A DNA stretch of 53,978 bases from Alphaproteobacteria bacterium (GTDB lineage: Bacteria > Pseudomonadota > Alphaproteobacteria > UBA8366 > GCA-2717185). This document shows, piece by piece, positions 40,640 through 50,414 of this stretch. The notes below the pieces were generated by a model. It searched no databases. It worked only from the letters and a program-made list of their open reading frames with translations, and was not told the origin of the DNA. Each line of letters starts with the position of its first letter. Position 1 is the first letter of the stretch. The stretch is from assembly GCA_047517345.1 (NCBI GenBank), contig JAKZTB010000182.1, positions 1 to 53,978 on the forward strand, given 5' to 3'. Both the position numbers and the translations under genes were made by a program.

Positions 40640-41134
40640 GTGAAGACGCCGGCCAATATCAGCGCCAACCCGCCGTACCTGCGCGACGAGGAACTCCGCC
40701 AGGGGATCGAGATGCTTTTCTACGCCTACCGCGATTTTACCGCGGAACCGGACGCGATCCTGCGCCGGTCCGACTTTGGACGCGCCCACCATCGCGTGAT
40801 CTATTTCGTCGGCCGCTATCCGGACACGACCGTATCGGCGCTGCTCGACATCCTTCAGATCACCAAACAAAGCTTGAGCCGTGTCCTTGGCCAACTGGTG
40901 CGCGAGGAATACATCAACCAGATCAAGGGGCCGCAAGACCGCCGGCAGCGCCTGCTGCGCCTGACGGAAAAGGGACGCGAGCTGGAACGTCAGCTAACCG
41001 CTGACCAGCGGGCTCGATTCGCACGGGCCTATCGGGACGCCGGGGTCGAGGCGGTCGATGGATTTCGGAAGGTCATGCTGGGCTTGATCTCGCGCAACGA
41101 AGATCGCGACCGCTTCGACGGCGCCTTGCGTTGA
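40640..41134 (+). CDS. MarR family transcriptional regulator
   Basis: GTG 40640. Winged-helix region TVSALLDILQITKQSLSRVLGQLVREEYINQIKGPQDRRQRLLRLTEKG. Confidence 0.85.
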   Translation: MKTPANISANPPYLRDEELRQGIEMLFYAYRDFTAEPDAILRRSDFGRAHHRVIYFVGRYPDTTVSALLDILQITKQSLSRVLGQLVREEYINQIKGPQDRRQRLLRLTEKGRELERQLTADQRARFARAYRDAGVEAVDGFRKVMLGLISRNEDRDRFDGALR

Positions 41135-41178
41135 TACATTCCTATGCAATCGTGCTCAACGATCGATATAATCGGTCC

Positions 41179-41859
41179 ATGAATGCGGATATGTCGCATA
41201 TCCTGGTCGTCGACGACGATCGACGGCTGCGGGAGCTGCTTCAGAAATATCTGATGGACAACGGGTTTCGCGTCACGGTCGCGACGGACGCGGAGAACGC
41301 CCGGCAACGCCTGAGAGCGATGGAATTCGACCTTATCGTCATGGACCGCATGATGCCCGGCGAAGATGGGCTGGATCTGACCCGGTCGATCCGCGAAAAC
41401 AGCAGCGTGCCTATCCTAATGCTCACCGCCATGGGCGAGACGGAGGCGCGCATCGACGGATTGGAAGGCGGTGTCGACGACTATTTGTCGAAGCCTTTTG
41501 AACCCCGCGAATTGGTGCTCCGGATTGGTATGATTCTGCGGCGCGCGCATCCAGCGCCGTCGGCACAAGAGATCCGGCTCGGCGGCTACGTGTTCGATCC
41601 CGAGCGGGAAATATTGCAAAGCGACACGGGCGCACTTCGGCTAACGACCACGGAGGCGAGCCTCCTGCGCGTTTTGGCGGAAAATGCCGGGCGTGTCCTG
41701 AGCCGGGAGGCGTTGACTCGGCTGTGCGCGATCGACGGGACTGACCGGATGATCGATGTCCAGGTCACACGCCTTCGCCGCAAGATCGAACCGGACACCA
41801 AGGCGCCGCGCTATTTGCAAACCGTGCGCGGACAAGGCTACGTCCTACGTCCGGATTGA
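41179..41859 (+). CDS. OmpR family response regulator
   Basis: Receiver domain (ILVVDDD...DLIVMDRMMPGEDG...KPF) plus a winged-helix output domain (the RLRRKIE and VRGQGY motifs). Confidence 0.92.
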   Translation: MNADMSHILVVDDDRRLRELLQKYLMDNGFRVTVATDAENARQRLRAMEFDLIVMDRMMPGEDGLDLTRSIRENSSVPILMLTAMGETEARIDGLEGGVDDYLSKPFEPRELVLRIGMILRRAHPAPSAQEIRLGGYVFDPEREILQSDTGALRLTTTEASLLRVLAENAGRVLSREALTRLCAIDGTDRMIDVQVTRLRRKIEPDTKAPRYLQTVRGQGYVLRPD

Positions 41860-41863
41860 CGCG

Positions 41864-43186
41864 ATGAGCCTCGGTCTTCTCGTCAAACGAATTCTACCCC
41901 GGACCCTGTTCGGCAGATCGCTGCTGATTATCGTGTCTCCACTGATCTTGTTGCAGGTTATCTCGACCCATATCTTTTACGATCGCCACTGGGACACGAT
42001 AACACGGCGGCTGTCGAGCTCCATCGCCGGCGACATCTCGATGGTGCTCAACATGCTGCGCGAAAATTCTGGGCCGGAGAACCGCACGGCCATATTCAAT
42101 CGCGCCCGCGATACGTTCGGCTTCATCATTACGATCGAACCGGGCGTGATACTGCCGAACAAGACGACGCCCGCCAACGAACGCATCGACCACTTCCTGA
42201 CCATCGCTTTGGAAGAGCGTATCGGCCGCCGCTTCCAGATCGACACCTCCGCGTTCAAGGAACGGGTCATTATCGACGTGCAGCTCCCCGAGGCAGTGCT
42301 GCGAGTGGTCGCGCCGGGAGACCGGTTGTTCAGCTCGACCACCTATATCTTCATTATGTGGATGGTAGGCTCGTCTTTGATCTTGTTCGCCGTCGCTTCG
42401 ATTTTCATGCGTAACCAGATCCGACCGATCCGGCGGCTGGCGCTCGCGGTCGACAGTTTCGGCAAGGGACGTCTGGTGGATGAAGATTTCCGGTCCGGCG
42501 GCGCGCTCGAAGTCCGTCAAGCGGCTTCCGCTTTCAATTTGATGCGCGAACGAATCTACCGCCAGATCCGCCAGCGCACCGACATGCTGTCCGGCGTCAG
42601 TCATGATTTGCGCACCCCGTTGACCCGCATGAAGCTGCAGCTGGCAATGCTCGGCCGGTCGCCTGAAATCGACGAGTTGAAGGCCGACGTCGCTGAGATG
42701 GAAAAAATGATCGAGGGCTATCTGACCTTTGCCCGTGGCGAAGGCGACGAAGAGGCGGCCGAAACCGACTTGAGCATTGTCGTCGATGAAGTCGTCACGC
42801 AATGGAAGCGCAATGGCGCCGCGATCGACGCGCACGTCGAAGGGCGACTGGAAGCTTGGTGCCGCCCAAACGCGGTGAAACGCTGCCTCGACAACCTGAT
42901 CGCCAATGCCAACCGCTACGGCACCCACATATGGATCCGCGCGGGCAAGCGGGGCGACGTCACGGAAATCGCCGTTGACGACGATGGCCCTGGAATCGAG
43001 GAGGATGCACGGGAAGCCGTGTTCCGGCCGTTCTTCCGTCTCGACCATTCACGCAATCCGGAGACCGGGGGAACCGGCCTCGGACTTGCCATCGCGCGCG
43101 ATATTGCGCGGGCGCATGGCGGCGATATCGTCATGGAAACCTCGCCGCATGGAGGGCTGCGCGCGTTGGTGCGGTTGCCGCTTTAA
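41864..43186 (+). CDS. EnvZ-like sensor histidine kinase
   Basis: Two TM segments, a HAMP-like region, the H-box SGVSHDLRTPLTR, the N box NLIANANRYG and the G boxes DDDGPGI and GGTGLGLAI. Confidence 0.92.
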   Translation: MSLGLLVKRILPRTLFGRSLLIIVSPLILLQVISTHIFYDRHWDTITRRLSSSIAGDISMVLNMLRENSGPENRTAIFNRARDTFGFIITIEPGVILPNKTTPANERIDHFLTIALEERIGRRFQIDTSAFKERVIIDVQLPEAVLRVVAPGDRLFSSTTYIFIMWMVGSSLILFAVASIFMRNQIRPIRRLALAVDSFGKGRLVDEDFRSGGALEVRQAASAFNLMRERIYRQIRQRTDMLSGVSHDLRTPLTRMKLQLAMLGRSPEIDELKADVAEMEKMIEGYLTFARGEGDEEAAETDLSIVVDEVVTQWKRNGAAIDAHVEGRLEAWCRPNAVKRCLDNLIANANRYGTHIWIRAGKRGDVTEIAVDDDGPGIEEDAREAVFRPFFRLDHSRNPETGGTGLGLAIARDIARAHGGDIVMETSPHGGLRALVRLPL

Positions 43187-43698
43187 GCCACGTTAGCCCG
43201 GGCGAGGGTGACGAAATCGTACTCGGGCGTATCGCCGTCAGCCGCAAACGCGTCGCGGCTGGTTTCGCACCAATCGGCGCAATCCAGCGCGGGAAATTTA
43301 ACGTCGCCGGTTATTTCGCGCTGCACCTCGGTCAGATAGATCCGATCCGCCATAGGCAGCGCCAGGGCGTAAATCTCGCCGCCGCCGATGACCATGATTT
43401 CCGTAATACCGTCGCGCTGCGCGACATCGCCAGCTATGCGACAGGCGGCTTCCATATCGTGGGCGACCACAATGTCTTCGGGTTTGATTCGGTCATGGCG
43501 CGTCACGACGATATTGGTGCGCCCCGGCAGCGGTCGGCCGATGGACTCGAACGTCCTGCGCCCCATGATCAACGGCTTGCCCATGGTTATGGCTTTGAAA
43601 TAGCGCAAATCGGCCGGGATGCGCCACGGCAGGTCGCCATCCCGGCCAATCACGCCGTTGCGCGCCATCGCGACGACCAAACAAATAACCGGGGTCAA
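43183..43698 (-). CDS. folA: Dihydrofolate reductase
   Basis: DHFR landmarks: [17 protein letters not shown], the GRRTFESIG region and VIGGGEIY. The conserved first strand requires TTG 43698, which overlaps the thyA stop. Confidence 0.92.
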   Translation of the reverse strand: MTPVICLVVAMARNGVIGRDGDLPWRIPADLRYFKAITMGKPLIMGRRTFESIGRPLPGRTNIVVTRHDRIKPEDIVVAHDMEAACRIAGDVAQRDGITEIMVIGGGEIYALALPMADRIYLTEVQREITGDVKFPALDCADWCETSRDAFAADGDTPEYDFVTLARANVA

Positions 43699-44489
43699 AC
43701 GGCGACCTTACCGGCGATATGCGGGTGGGCCTGGTAGTTCTCCAGCGTGAAATCCTCGTACCGGAACGCGAAGAGATCCGTTACCGCCGGGTTGAGGCGC
43801 ATCCGGGGCATTGGATACGGCGCGCGCTGGAGCTGGATGTCGACCTGTTCCAGATGGTTGGTATAGATGTGCGCGTCGCCGAAACTGTGTACGAAATCGC
43901 CGGGCGCGAGACCAGTCGCCTGCGCCATCATCAAGGTGAGCAAGGCGTAAGACGCAATATTGAAAGGTACGCCAAGGAAGATATCGGCGCTGCGCTGGTA
44001 GAGCTGGCAGGACAACCGGCCGTCGGCGACGTAAAATTGGAACAGGCAATGGCAGGGCGGCAAGGCCATATTGTCGACCTGCGCCACGTTCCAGGCGCAG
44101 ACGATGTGGCGGCGCGAATTCGGATTCGTCTTGATTTCCTCGACGAGTCGGCCGACCTGGTCGATGTGATCGCCGTCAGGCGTCGGCCAGGATCGCCATT
44201 GCGCGCCGTAAACCGGTCCCAACTCGCCGTTTTCGTCGGCCCATTCGTCCCATATCCGGACACCGTTCTCGCGCAAATAGGCGACGTTGGTATCGCCGGC
44301 GAGGAACCAAAGCAGTTCGTGAACGATCGATTTCAGATGCAATATTTTGGTCGTCAGCATGGGAAAGCCGTCGGCCAGATCGAAACGCATCTGGTGCCCG
44401 AAGACGCTGTAGGTGCCGACGCCGGTCCGGTCGCCCTTATGGACGCCGGAATCGCGCACTCGGCGCATCAGATCGAGATATTGCTGCAT
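43695..44489 (-). CDS. thyA: Thymidylate synthase
   Basis: [11 protein letters not shown]..., DRTGVGT, LPPCH and DAHIY are canonical ThyA motifs. 264 aa. Confidence 0.97.
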   Translation of the reverse strand: MQQYLDLMRRVRDSGVHKGDRTGVGTYSVFGHQMRFDLADGFPMLTTKILHLKSIVHELLWFLAGDTNVAYLRENGVRIWDEWADENGELGPVYGAQWRSWPTPDGDHIDQVGRLVEEIKTNPNSRRHIVCAWNVAQVDNMALPPCHCLFQFYVADGRLSCQLYQRSADIFLGVPFNIASYALLTLMMAQATGLAPGDFVHSFGDAHIYTNHLEQVDIQLQRAPYPMPRMRLNPAVTDLFAFRYEDFTLENYQAHPHIAGKVAV

Positions 44490-44599
44490 CGCAACGCGAT
44501 TTTACCTGATTCGCGCGGCTGCGAAATCTGATTTCACGAAGTTCATACGATCTCGAAAATTTGCACAATCTCGCATCGAAGCTTTTTTTATCGGTTCGT

Positions 44600-44940
44600 T
44601 GCGGCTATATTTTACCCGTCGGGAAACCGACTATGGCGTTACAGGGCCTTATGGAATAAGCGTTGCGGACCCGGGGGCGGTACCCGGCGCCTCCACCAAA
44701 ATCCGAGATTTCATCGGATACCTGCAGATGGGGGGCGAAACAGGATCGACGCGCGTGGTAAAGATTTGGTCTGCGCCCGGCATGGTACCACCGTTATCGG
44801 GCTAAATCGCTTAATTGCGAACGACAACTTTGCGGGCGAAGCCCGTCTCGCTGCTTAGTCTGACTAGGTAAGCGCGGCCCGGGGGGCGCCGGGCAACAGA
44901 AGCCCCCCAACGAACGCCCGCGGGGGAAAAGGGGCGACGG
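44600..44940 (+). ncRNA. ssrA: Two-piece (circularly permuted) tmRNA gene; boundaries approximate
   Basis: The acceptor piece ends CGCCUCCACCA at 44688-44698 after a T-arm CCGGG-GGCGGUA-CCCGG. The coding piece starts GGGGGCGAAACAGGAUCGACG at about 44731; its first 7 nt pair with CGCCUCC, giving a G3-U pair. The tag reading frame at 44817-44855 is ANDNFAGEARLAA, followed by TAG at 44856-44858. Confidence 0.85.
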
Positions 44941-44963
44941 GTAAGTCGCATTTCAGGGGGATC

Positions 44964-45479
44964 ATGACGGACGACATGATGCGATACGACCTATTGGTCG
45001 AACATGCGTTGCGCACAGTCGTACACGAAGCGATGGCGCAGATCGCAGAAAACGGCTTGCCCGGGGAGCATCATCTCTACATAACTTTTCGCACCGGCGA
45101 AGAGGGTGTGCAGATCCCCGATTATCTGACCGAGCGGTATCCCGACGAAATGACGATCGTCCTGCAACATCAATTCGAAGACCTGACAGTGGACGATGTC
45201 GGCTTTGTCGTCTCGCTCAATTTCAACAATGTGCAAGAAAAATTGCGTATTCCGTTCGAAGCGATTACCGCTTTTGCCGACCCATCGGCCAATTTCGGGC
45301 TTCAGTTTAAATTCGAAGAGGCCGAAAAATCGGCGCCGGGCCAATTCATTGCACCCGATCCGGACATTCAGGCGGACGGCCAAAACAACACAACCCCCAT
45401 CGAAAACGAAGAAGCAACGGCGGCGAGCTCGGACAACGACGGCAACGTCGTCACCCTGGATACGTTCAGAAAAAAATAG
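44964..45479 (+). CDS. sspB: SspB-like ClpXP adaptor (alphaproteobacterial type)
   Basis: YDLLVEHALRTVV...GLPGEHHLYITF...YPDEMTIVLQHQFEDL...FADPS matches the alpha-type SspB fold pattern. It has an acidic linker and a basic C-terminal tail, VVTLDTFRKK. Confidence 0.75.
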   Translation: MTDDMMRYDLLVEHALRTVVHEAMAQIAENGLPGEHHLYITFRTGEEGVQIPDYLTERYPDEMTIVLQHQFEDLTVDDVGFVVSLNFNNVQEKLRIPFEAITAFADPSANFGLQFKFEEAEKSAPGQFIAPDPDIQADGQNNTTPIENEEATAASSDNDGNVVTLDTFRKK

Positions 45480-45631
45480 CAAGCCGCCCGGCGGAATCCG
45501 ATTGTCGGCGTCCCGGAGGCTATTCGCATTCGCGATTATTCCATGCCCGAAGGAATTTCGGCGTAGCTGGCGTTATTTCGACGCGGTAGACTGACCTCTC
45601 GGTCGTGAATTGTTGCAGAGGGGAAAGCGCC

Positions 45632-47242
45632 ATGTCCGCCACCGATCACCCGACGATGTTCCCGCTCGGCGCAGATGAGACGCCGTATCGAAAAATCTCA
45701 TCGGATCACGTCAGTTCCGCTTCGTTCGACGGTGAAACGGTACTGAAAGTCGCGCCGGAGGCGTTGTCCCTTTTGGCCGCGGAAGCGTTTCGCGACATCA
45801 ACCATTTCCTGCGGCCGGAACATCTGGCCCAGTTGAGCAAGATTCTCGATGATCCCGAAGCGTCCGACAATGATCGGTTCGTCGCTTACGACCTTCTGAA
45901 AAACGCCAATATCGCCGCCGGCGGTGTCTTGCCGATGTGTCAGGACACCGGGACCGCGATCGTCATGGGCAAGAAGGGCGAGCGCGTGTGGACCGGCGGC
46001 AACGACGAATCGGCTCTGGCCGAAGGCGTGATGCGGACCTACGAGAAGAGCAACTTGCGCTACAGCCAGGTTTCGCCGCTGTCGATGTATGAGGAAACCA
46101 ACACCAAGACCAACTTGCCGGGACAGATCGAGATCTACGCGGAGCCCGGTGACGCTTACAAATTTCTGTTCGTGGCCAAGGGCGGCGGGTCGGCCAACAA
46201 GACCTATCTGTTCCAGGAAACGCCGGCGACGCTGAATCCGGAAAAGCTCTTGCCGCTTCTCGACGAGAAGATCAAGGCGCTCGGCACCGCGGCCTGCCCG
46301 CCCTACCACCTCGCCGTTGTCATCGGCGGCACCTCGGCCGAGTTCAACCTGAAAACCGTGAAACTGGCGAGTTGCCACTATCTCGATTCCTTGCAGACCG
46401 AAGGCGGCGACAAGGGACAGGCGTTCCGCGACCTCGAGATGGAGGACGTTGTTTTCAAGATGTCCCAGGGCATGGGGATCGGCGCCCAATTTGGCGGCAA
46501 ATATTTCTGCCATGACGTCCGGGTCATCCGCCTCCCTCGTCATGGCGCGAGCCTGCCGATAGGCATAGGCGTTTCGTGCTCCGCGGACCGTCAGGCGCTC
46601 GGCAAGATCACCGCCGACGGGATCTTTTTGGAACAGCTCGAAACCAACCCGGCCCGGTTCCTGCCGGACACGGTATCCAAAGATCTCGGTGGCGAGGGCG
46701 TGAATATCGACCTCAACCAGCCGATGTCGAATATCCTCGGCACACTGACCAGATATCCTATTAAAACGCGTCTGTCGCTGACCGGACCGATCATCGTCGC
46801 GCGCGACCTGGCGCACGCGCGTCTCAAGGCGCTTCTCGATGCCGGCAAGGAACTGCCGCAGTATTTGAAAGATCATCCGGTCTATTACGCCGGCCCGGCA
46901 AAGACTCCGAAAGGGTATGCCTCGGGTTCGTTCGGTCCGACCACCGCGGGGCGGATGGATTCCTATGTGGATCAATTCCAGGCGGCGGCGGGAAGCATGA
47001 TCATGCTCGCCAAGGGCAACCGGTCCGACATCGTGCGTCAGGCCTGCCAAAGCCATGGCGGTTTCTATCTCGGATCGATTGGCGGACCGGCGGCGCGGCT
47101 CGCGCTCGAATGCATCAAGAAAGTCGAAGTGGTCGAATACGAGGATTTGGGTATGGAAGCGATCTGGCGGATCGAGGTGGAAGACTTCCCCGCCTTCATC
47201 GTCATCGACGACAAGGGCAACGATTTCTTTAAGGCGCTGTAG
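45632..47242 (+). CDS. fumA: Class I (Fe-S) fumarate hydratase
   Basis: ATG 45632. About 536 aa with [16 protein letters not shown], the [14 protein letters not shown] motif and a C-terminal beta domain (the GPTTAGRMD and MLAKGNR motifs). Confidence 0.92.
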   Translation: MSATDHPTMFPLGADETPYRKISSDHVSSASFDGETVLKVAPEALSLLAAEAFRDINHFLRPEHLAQLSKILDDPEASDNDRFVAYDLLKNANIAAGGVLPMCQDTGTAIVMGKKGERVWTGGNDESALAEGVMRTYEKSNLRYSQVSPLSMYEETNTKTNLPGQIEIYAEPGDAYKFLFVAKGGGSANKTYLFQETPATLNPEKLLPLLDEKIKALGTAACPPYHLAVVIGGTSAEFNLKTVKLASCHYLDSLQTEGGDKGQAFRDLEMEDVVFKMSQGMGIGAQFGGKYFCHDVRVIRLPRHGASLPIGIGVSCSADRQALGKITADGIFLEQLETNPARFLPDTVSKDLGGEGVNIDLNQPMSNILGTLTRYPIKTRLSLTGPIIVARDLAHARLKALLDAGKELPQYLKDHPVYYAGPAKTPKGYASGSFGPTTAGRMDSYVDQFQAAAGSMIMLAKGNRSDIVRQACQSHGGFYLGSIGGPAARLALECIKKVEVVEYEDLGMEAIWRIEVEDFPAFIVIDDKGNDFFKAL

Positions 47243-47269
47243 CGCCCATAGCCGCGCCTATCGGATTTA

Positions 47270-47291
47270 CCGGAACCGCCAGCGCGGTTCC
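47270..47291. terminator. GC-rich hairpin between convergent genes (possible bidirectional terminator)
   Basis: CCGGAACCGC-CA-GCGGTTCCGG is a perfect 10-bp stem, flanked by short A/T runs (GGATTTA upstream, CAGATTTG downstream). It lies between the fumarase stop and the CheW-globin stop. Confidence 0.5.
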
Positions 47292-47310
47292 GGCAGATTT
47301 GCAGAAGTAG

Positions 47311-48399
47311 CTAAAGGTTCAGAACGTCGTCGTGCGTGCTGGCGGCGATCGCCATGACCTCCCCGATCGTACCCGGATCCATATCGAGATCTTCGAGCGT
47401 CGCCTGCAAATGACCGGCAACGGCGGCGAAATGCGCCTCTCCCAGCCCCTTCTCTTCGACCAGCGGCTTGTGCGCCTCGCGTAGAGAGCGGCCGTTATAC
47501 CCTTGCGGACCGCCGAACGCGCCGGTCAGGAACATGCGAAGCATGAACCCCTGGCGGTCCATGTCAACGCCTTCGAAGAACGGCGTCAGCGACGCGTCCG
47601 CCATGATTTTGGAATAGAAGATGTCGACCGCCGCCTCTACGGCCTCGTCACCGCCAAGTCGTTCGAACAGGCTTGCGGGCGGCGTCGCGATATCTTCCAC
47701 AGCAGCCGGGGCTTCTGGCTTCGGGAATTTGATGACTTTTTCGCTTTCCTGTGGCGCCTTCGCGCTTGAGCGTGTCTTGTCCGCTTTGGCGGCATCGCCA
47801 TCATCGTCCTTCGCCTTGGGGCTCGACTTGATCGGTTTCGCCTTTTCCTTCGTGGCCCCTTCGGTCGCAGATTCCCGGCGCTTTAGAACCACCGGCGGCG
47901 TCTGCGTCAGATTGTCGGAATCCAGAATGCGCTCTATATCCAGCACCACCAGGAGATCTTCCGGCAGGCGGTAGACCCCGGTGCTGAGACGGCGAAGCTT
48001 TTCGTCCAACGTTGCCGGCGGTTTTTCGTAATCCCGGCGCGGCAAGTCGCGGACGTCGCCGATCGAATCGACAAGAAGTGAGTAGAGGTCACCGTGATAC
48101 TCCACGGTAATTCCCATGCCGCGGTTGATTTCCGAGTGATCGTCGACGCCCAGGCAACGCCGCAGATTGATCACCGTGACGATGCGGCCGCGCAGATTCA
48201 TCACACCCGCAATCGCCGACGGCGCCAGCGGCACAGGTGTTATCAAGCGCGGTTCCACGATGTCTTGTACCTGTAAAATCGGTACGCCGAACATTTGGTC
48301 TTCGATTATCATCGTGACAAGCTGTTCCTTGTCGAGGGCGATCTGATCGAAACCGACCCCGGTCTGGTCTGAATTCTCGACGACGGCTAGCTCACTCAT
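47311..48399 (-). CDS. CheW domain / group I truncated haemoglobin fusion protein
   Basis: ATG 48399, 6 nt after GAGGAG. The CheW-like domain covers about residues 25-165, followed by a K/A/P/D-rich linker of about 80 aa. The C-terminal 120 aa or so align to trHbN-type globins: LFERLGGDEAVEAAVDIFYSKI, FGGPQGYNGRSLREAHKPL and FAAVAGHLQATL. Confidence 0.85.
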   Translation of the reverse strand: MSELAVVENSDQTGVGFDQIALDKEQLVTMIIEDQMFGVPILQVQDIVEPRLITPVPLAPSAIAGVMNLRGRIVTVINLRRCLGVDDHSEINRGMGITVEYHGDLYSLLVDSIGDVRDLPRRDYEKPPATLDEKLRRLSTGVYRLPEDLLVVLDIERILDSDNLTQTPPVVLKRRESATEGATKEKAKPIKSSPKAKDDDGDAAKADKTRSSAKAPQESEKVIKFPKPEAPAAVEDIATPPASLFERLGGDEAVEAAVDIFYSKIMADASLTPFFEGVDMDRQGFMLRMFLTGAFGGPQGYNGRSLREAHKPLVEEKGLGEAHFAAVAGHLQATLEDLDMDPGTIGEVMAIAASTHDDVLNL

Positions 48400-48523
48400 G
48401 GGGCGCTCCTCGGACACATATTCCGCCGCACCGGACCCGGATCAGGGGCGAAACGGCATTCAAAGTTGCCCGACGATAGCGTGATCGGGTTAACGGAGCC
48501 TTTACAGCCGACGCCCCAGAGCC

Positions 48524-48593
48524 CGTTCGACCTAATGCGCTCTACGCGGCGCGCCGTTCGACCTAATGCGCTCTAAGCGGCGCGCCGTTCGAC
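48524..48593. repeat. 31-bp tandem direct repeat, 2.3 copies
   Basis: CGTTCGACCTAATGCGCTCTA(C/A)GCGGCGCGC at 48524-48554 and 48555-48585, then a partial copy CGTTCGAC at 48586-48593. Confidence 0.9.
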
Positions 48594-48598
48594 TGTTC

Positions 48599-49430
48599 TC
48601 AACATTCCGGAACCTCGATAGGCATCCCTTCCCGATTGCCCCATTCGTTCCAAGACCCAAGATAATTCAACCCTGGGGTAACCGAGCAGCCGCAACGCGA
48701 GGTAGGCATGGGCAGACCGGTAGCCCGTCTGACAAAGCGCGATGATCTCCTTATCGGCCGTCACGCCATGCGATTCGAACAGCGCGCGCAGCGCCGGTGC
48801 CGGCTTCATGGCGCCGTCTTGCGTCAGATGATTGACCCATTCCAGATGCACCGAGCCCGGAACGGTGCCGCCCCGATCCGCGCGGCGGTCTTCGCCGGTC
48901 CATTCCGCGCGGCCGCGCGTATCCAGGACGACCGTGTCGGTCGAGTCGATGGCCGCGTGTACTTCGCGATAGGTTGCAAGACGGCTAAGGTCCGAATCGA
49001 ACGTGAAAACCGACGGGCTGGCAACCGTAGCCTCCCGCGTCACCGGCAGTCCGGCGGCTGCCCACCCCGAATACCCGCCGTCCAGGACGTGAACGTCATT
49101 GTGTCCGAGATATTCGAGAAACCACAAACCGCGCGCGGCCGTCATACCGGCGATCTCGCCGCAAAACACGATGGTGTCGTCGAATGAAACGCCGCGCCGC
49201 GCCAACAGAAATGCCCACATCCGCGTGAAGGATTCGAGCGGCGCGTCATCCGTATCGTCGCAATTCACCGCATAGATGTCGAAATGCCTGGCACCCGGGA
49301 TATGACCCATGGCGAACCGTTCGCCGGGCCGAACGTCGATGAGCCGCAGCGCCGGATCGTCCAAGCGTCCGTGCAGGGTTTCACGCGACCATAGCAAATC
49401 TGGATTTTCATACTCTTCGTTATTATTCAT
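48599..49430 (-). pseudogene. Tandem-rhodanese sulfurtransferase (SseA/thiosulfate sulfurtransferase-like) with a frameshift near 48668
   Basis: ATG 49430. Two rhodanese domains, with active-site loop CQTGYRS. After ...LGYPRV the conserved C-terminus NYLGSWNEWGNREGMPIEVPEC* (stop 48599-48601) is in another frame. The annotated frame instead runs on to 48573. Confidence 0.8.
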
Positions 49431-49641
49431 CGCTTCATTTCCTTCGAACTCATACCAACGAGCGCCGATAGTGACGCCTGGAGGCGGCTTGGCAGGATCG
49501 AAGATCGAATGTGACCATGACTCGGGGCCTTTCTGCCGGGGGCAATCCTGTACATCGGCGAAGAAGCGATGGATAGGCAATACTTCGATCATTGGCTTCC
49601 TTGCAATTCGCGACGCTAAACCGCATGTTTTACGTACTGCC

Positions 49642-50139
49642 ATGATGAAATTCATCCGAACCCTGCTCCGACCCGACCGGGAGGAGACCGATCCGGAGAC
49701 GGCGGAAGTCGCCCAGGCGGCGAACATCTTGCAGGTTGGGGAGTTTCAACTCCTCCAGCTCGCCTATAAGGATTGGTACGACGAAGAGTTACCCGAAGCG
49801 CTGACGGACAGTCTGTTTGCGGATTATATGCTGCGCAAGCGGGTTCCACATTGGGCGCGCCACTTCGCGCGCCGGATCCTCGACTGGGAGCGCAGAGGCC
49901 TGCTCGACGCCAACAACATCGACTATCATCGCTACGACCGCGGATACAGCTCGCTGGCACCGGGCGGCGTCCGCCGTTTCTGCATTGCGACCGCATTATT
50001 GGTGATTTTCGTCGGCGGCAGCCTTTGGGTCAGCCATCTCGCGGCGGGCGGCCGCTCTACGTCATTCCTGCCGCCTTATTTCAATGCCGACGAATTGGTG
50101 CCTGCGCACCAACCCGGCCGTGTCGGGCCGGGATCTTAA
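49642..50139 (+). CDS. Hypothetical protein with one C-terminal TM helix
   Basis: ATG 49642. Normal composition (MMKFIRTLLRPDREETDPETAEVAQAANILQ...) and a TM segment FCIATALLVIFVGGSLWV. I recognise no family. Confidence 0.45.
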   Translation: MMKFIRTLLRPDREETDPETAEVAQAANILQVGEFQLLQLAYKDWYDEELPEALTDSLFADYMLRKRVPHWARHFARRILDWERRGLLDANNIDYHRYDRGYSSLAPGGVRRFCIATALLVIFVGGSLWVSHLAAGGRSTSFLPPYFNADELVPAHQPGRVGPGS

Positions 50140-50414
50140 CCGGAGCGCATCAAGTTTGCGCGGCCCTATACGGGATTCGATCGATTTAATTTAGCCGTCT
50201 AATTTCAAAAGTTTAGAACGGAGTCGCACGAGTGACGGATCGTCAAAGGCTATTCCAAACAACGCCGCTCCACCCTAGTGGTCGCATTCCAAAATATGGT
50301 GCCCATACGATCCCGTATGCGGGGTTCTCGGTATGTCGCACTCTTAAACGGGCGAATTCGAGAAACTGTCGTATCGGCGCCAAATGTTAAATTGTATCCA
50401 CTAGGGAATTATCG

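Noticed and set aside
43183-43186. Convergent histidine kinase and folA stop codons sharing the palindrome TTAA.
   Set aside because: The overlap is real but trivial. It shows a compact genome and is not evidence of a functional element.
44413-44805. 130-aa plus-strand ORF covering the thyA start and the tmRNA acceptor piece.
   Set aside because: It overlaps a well-supported thyA 5' end and the tmRNA gene. Its translation has no protein-like features.
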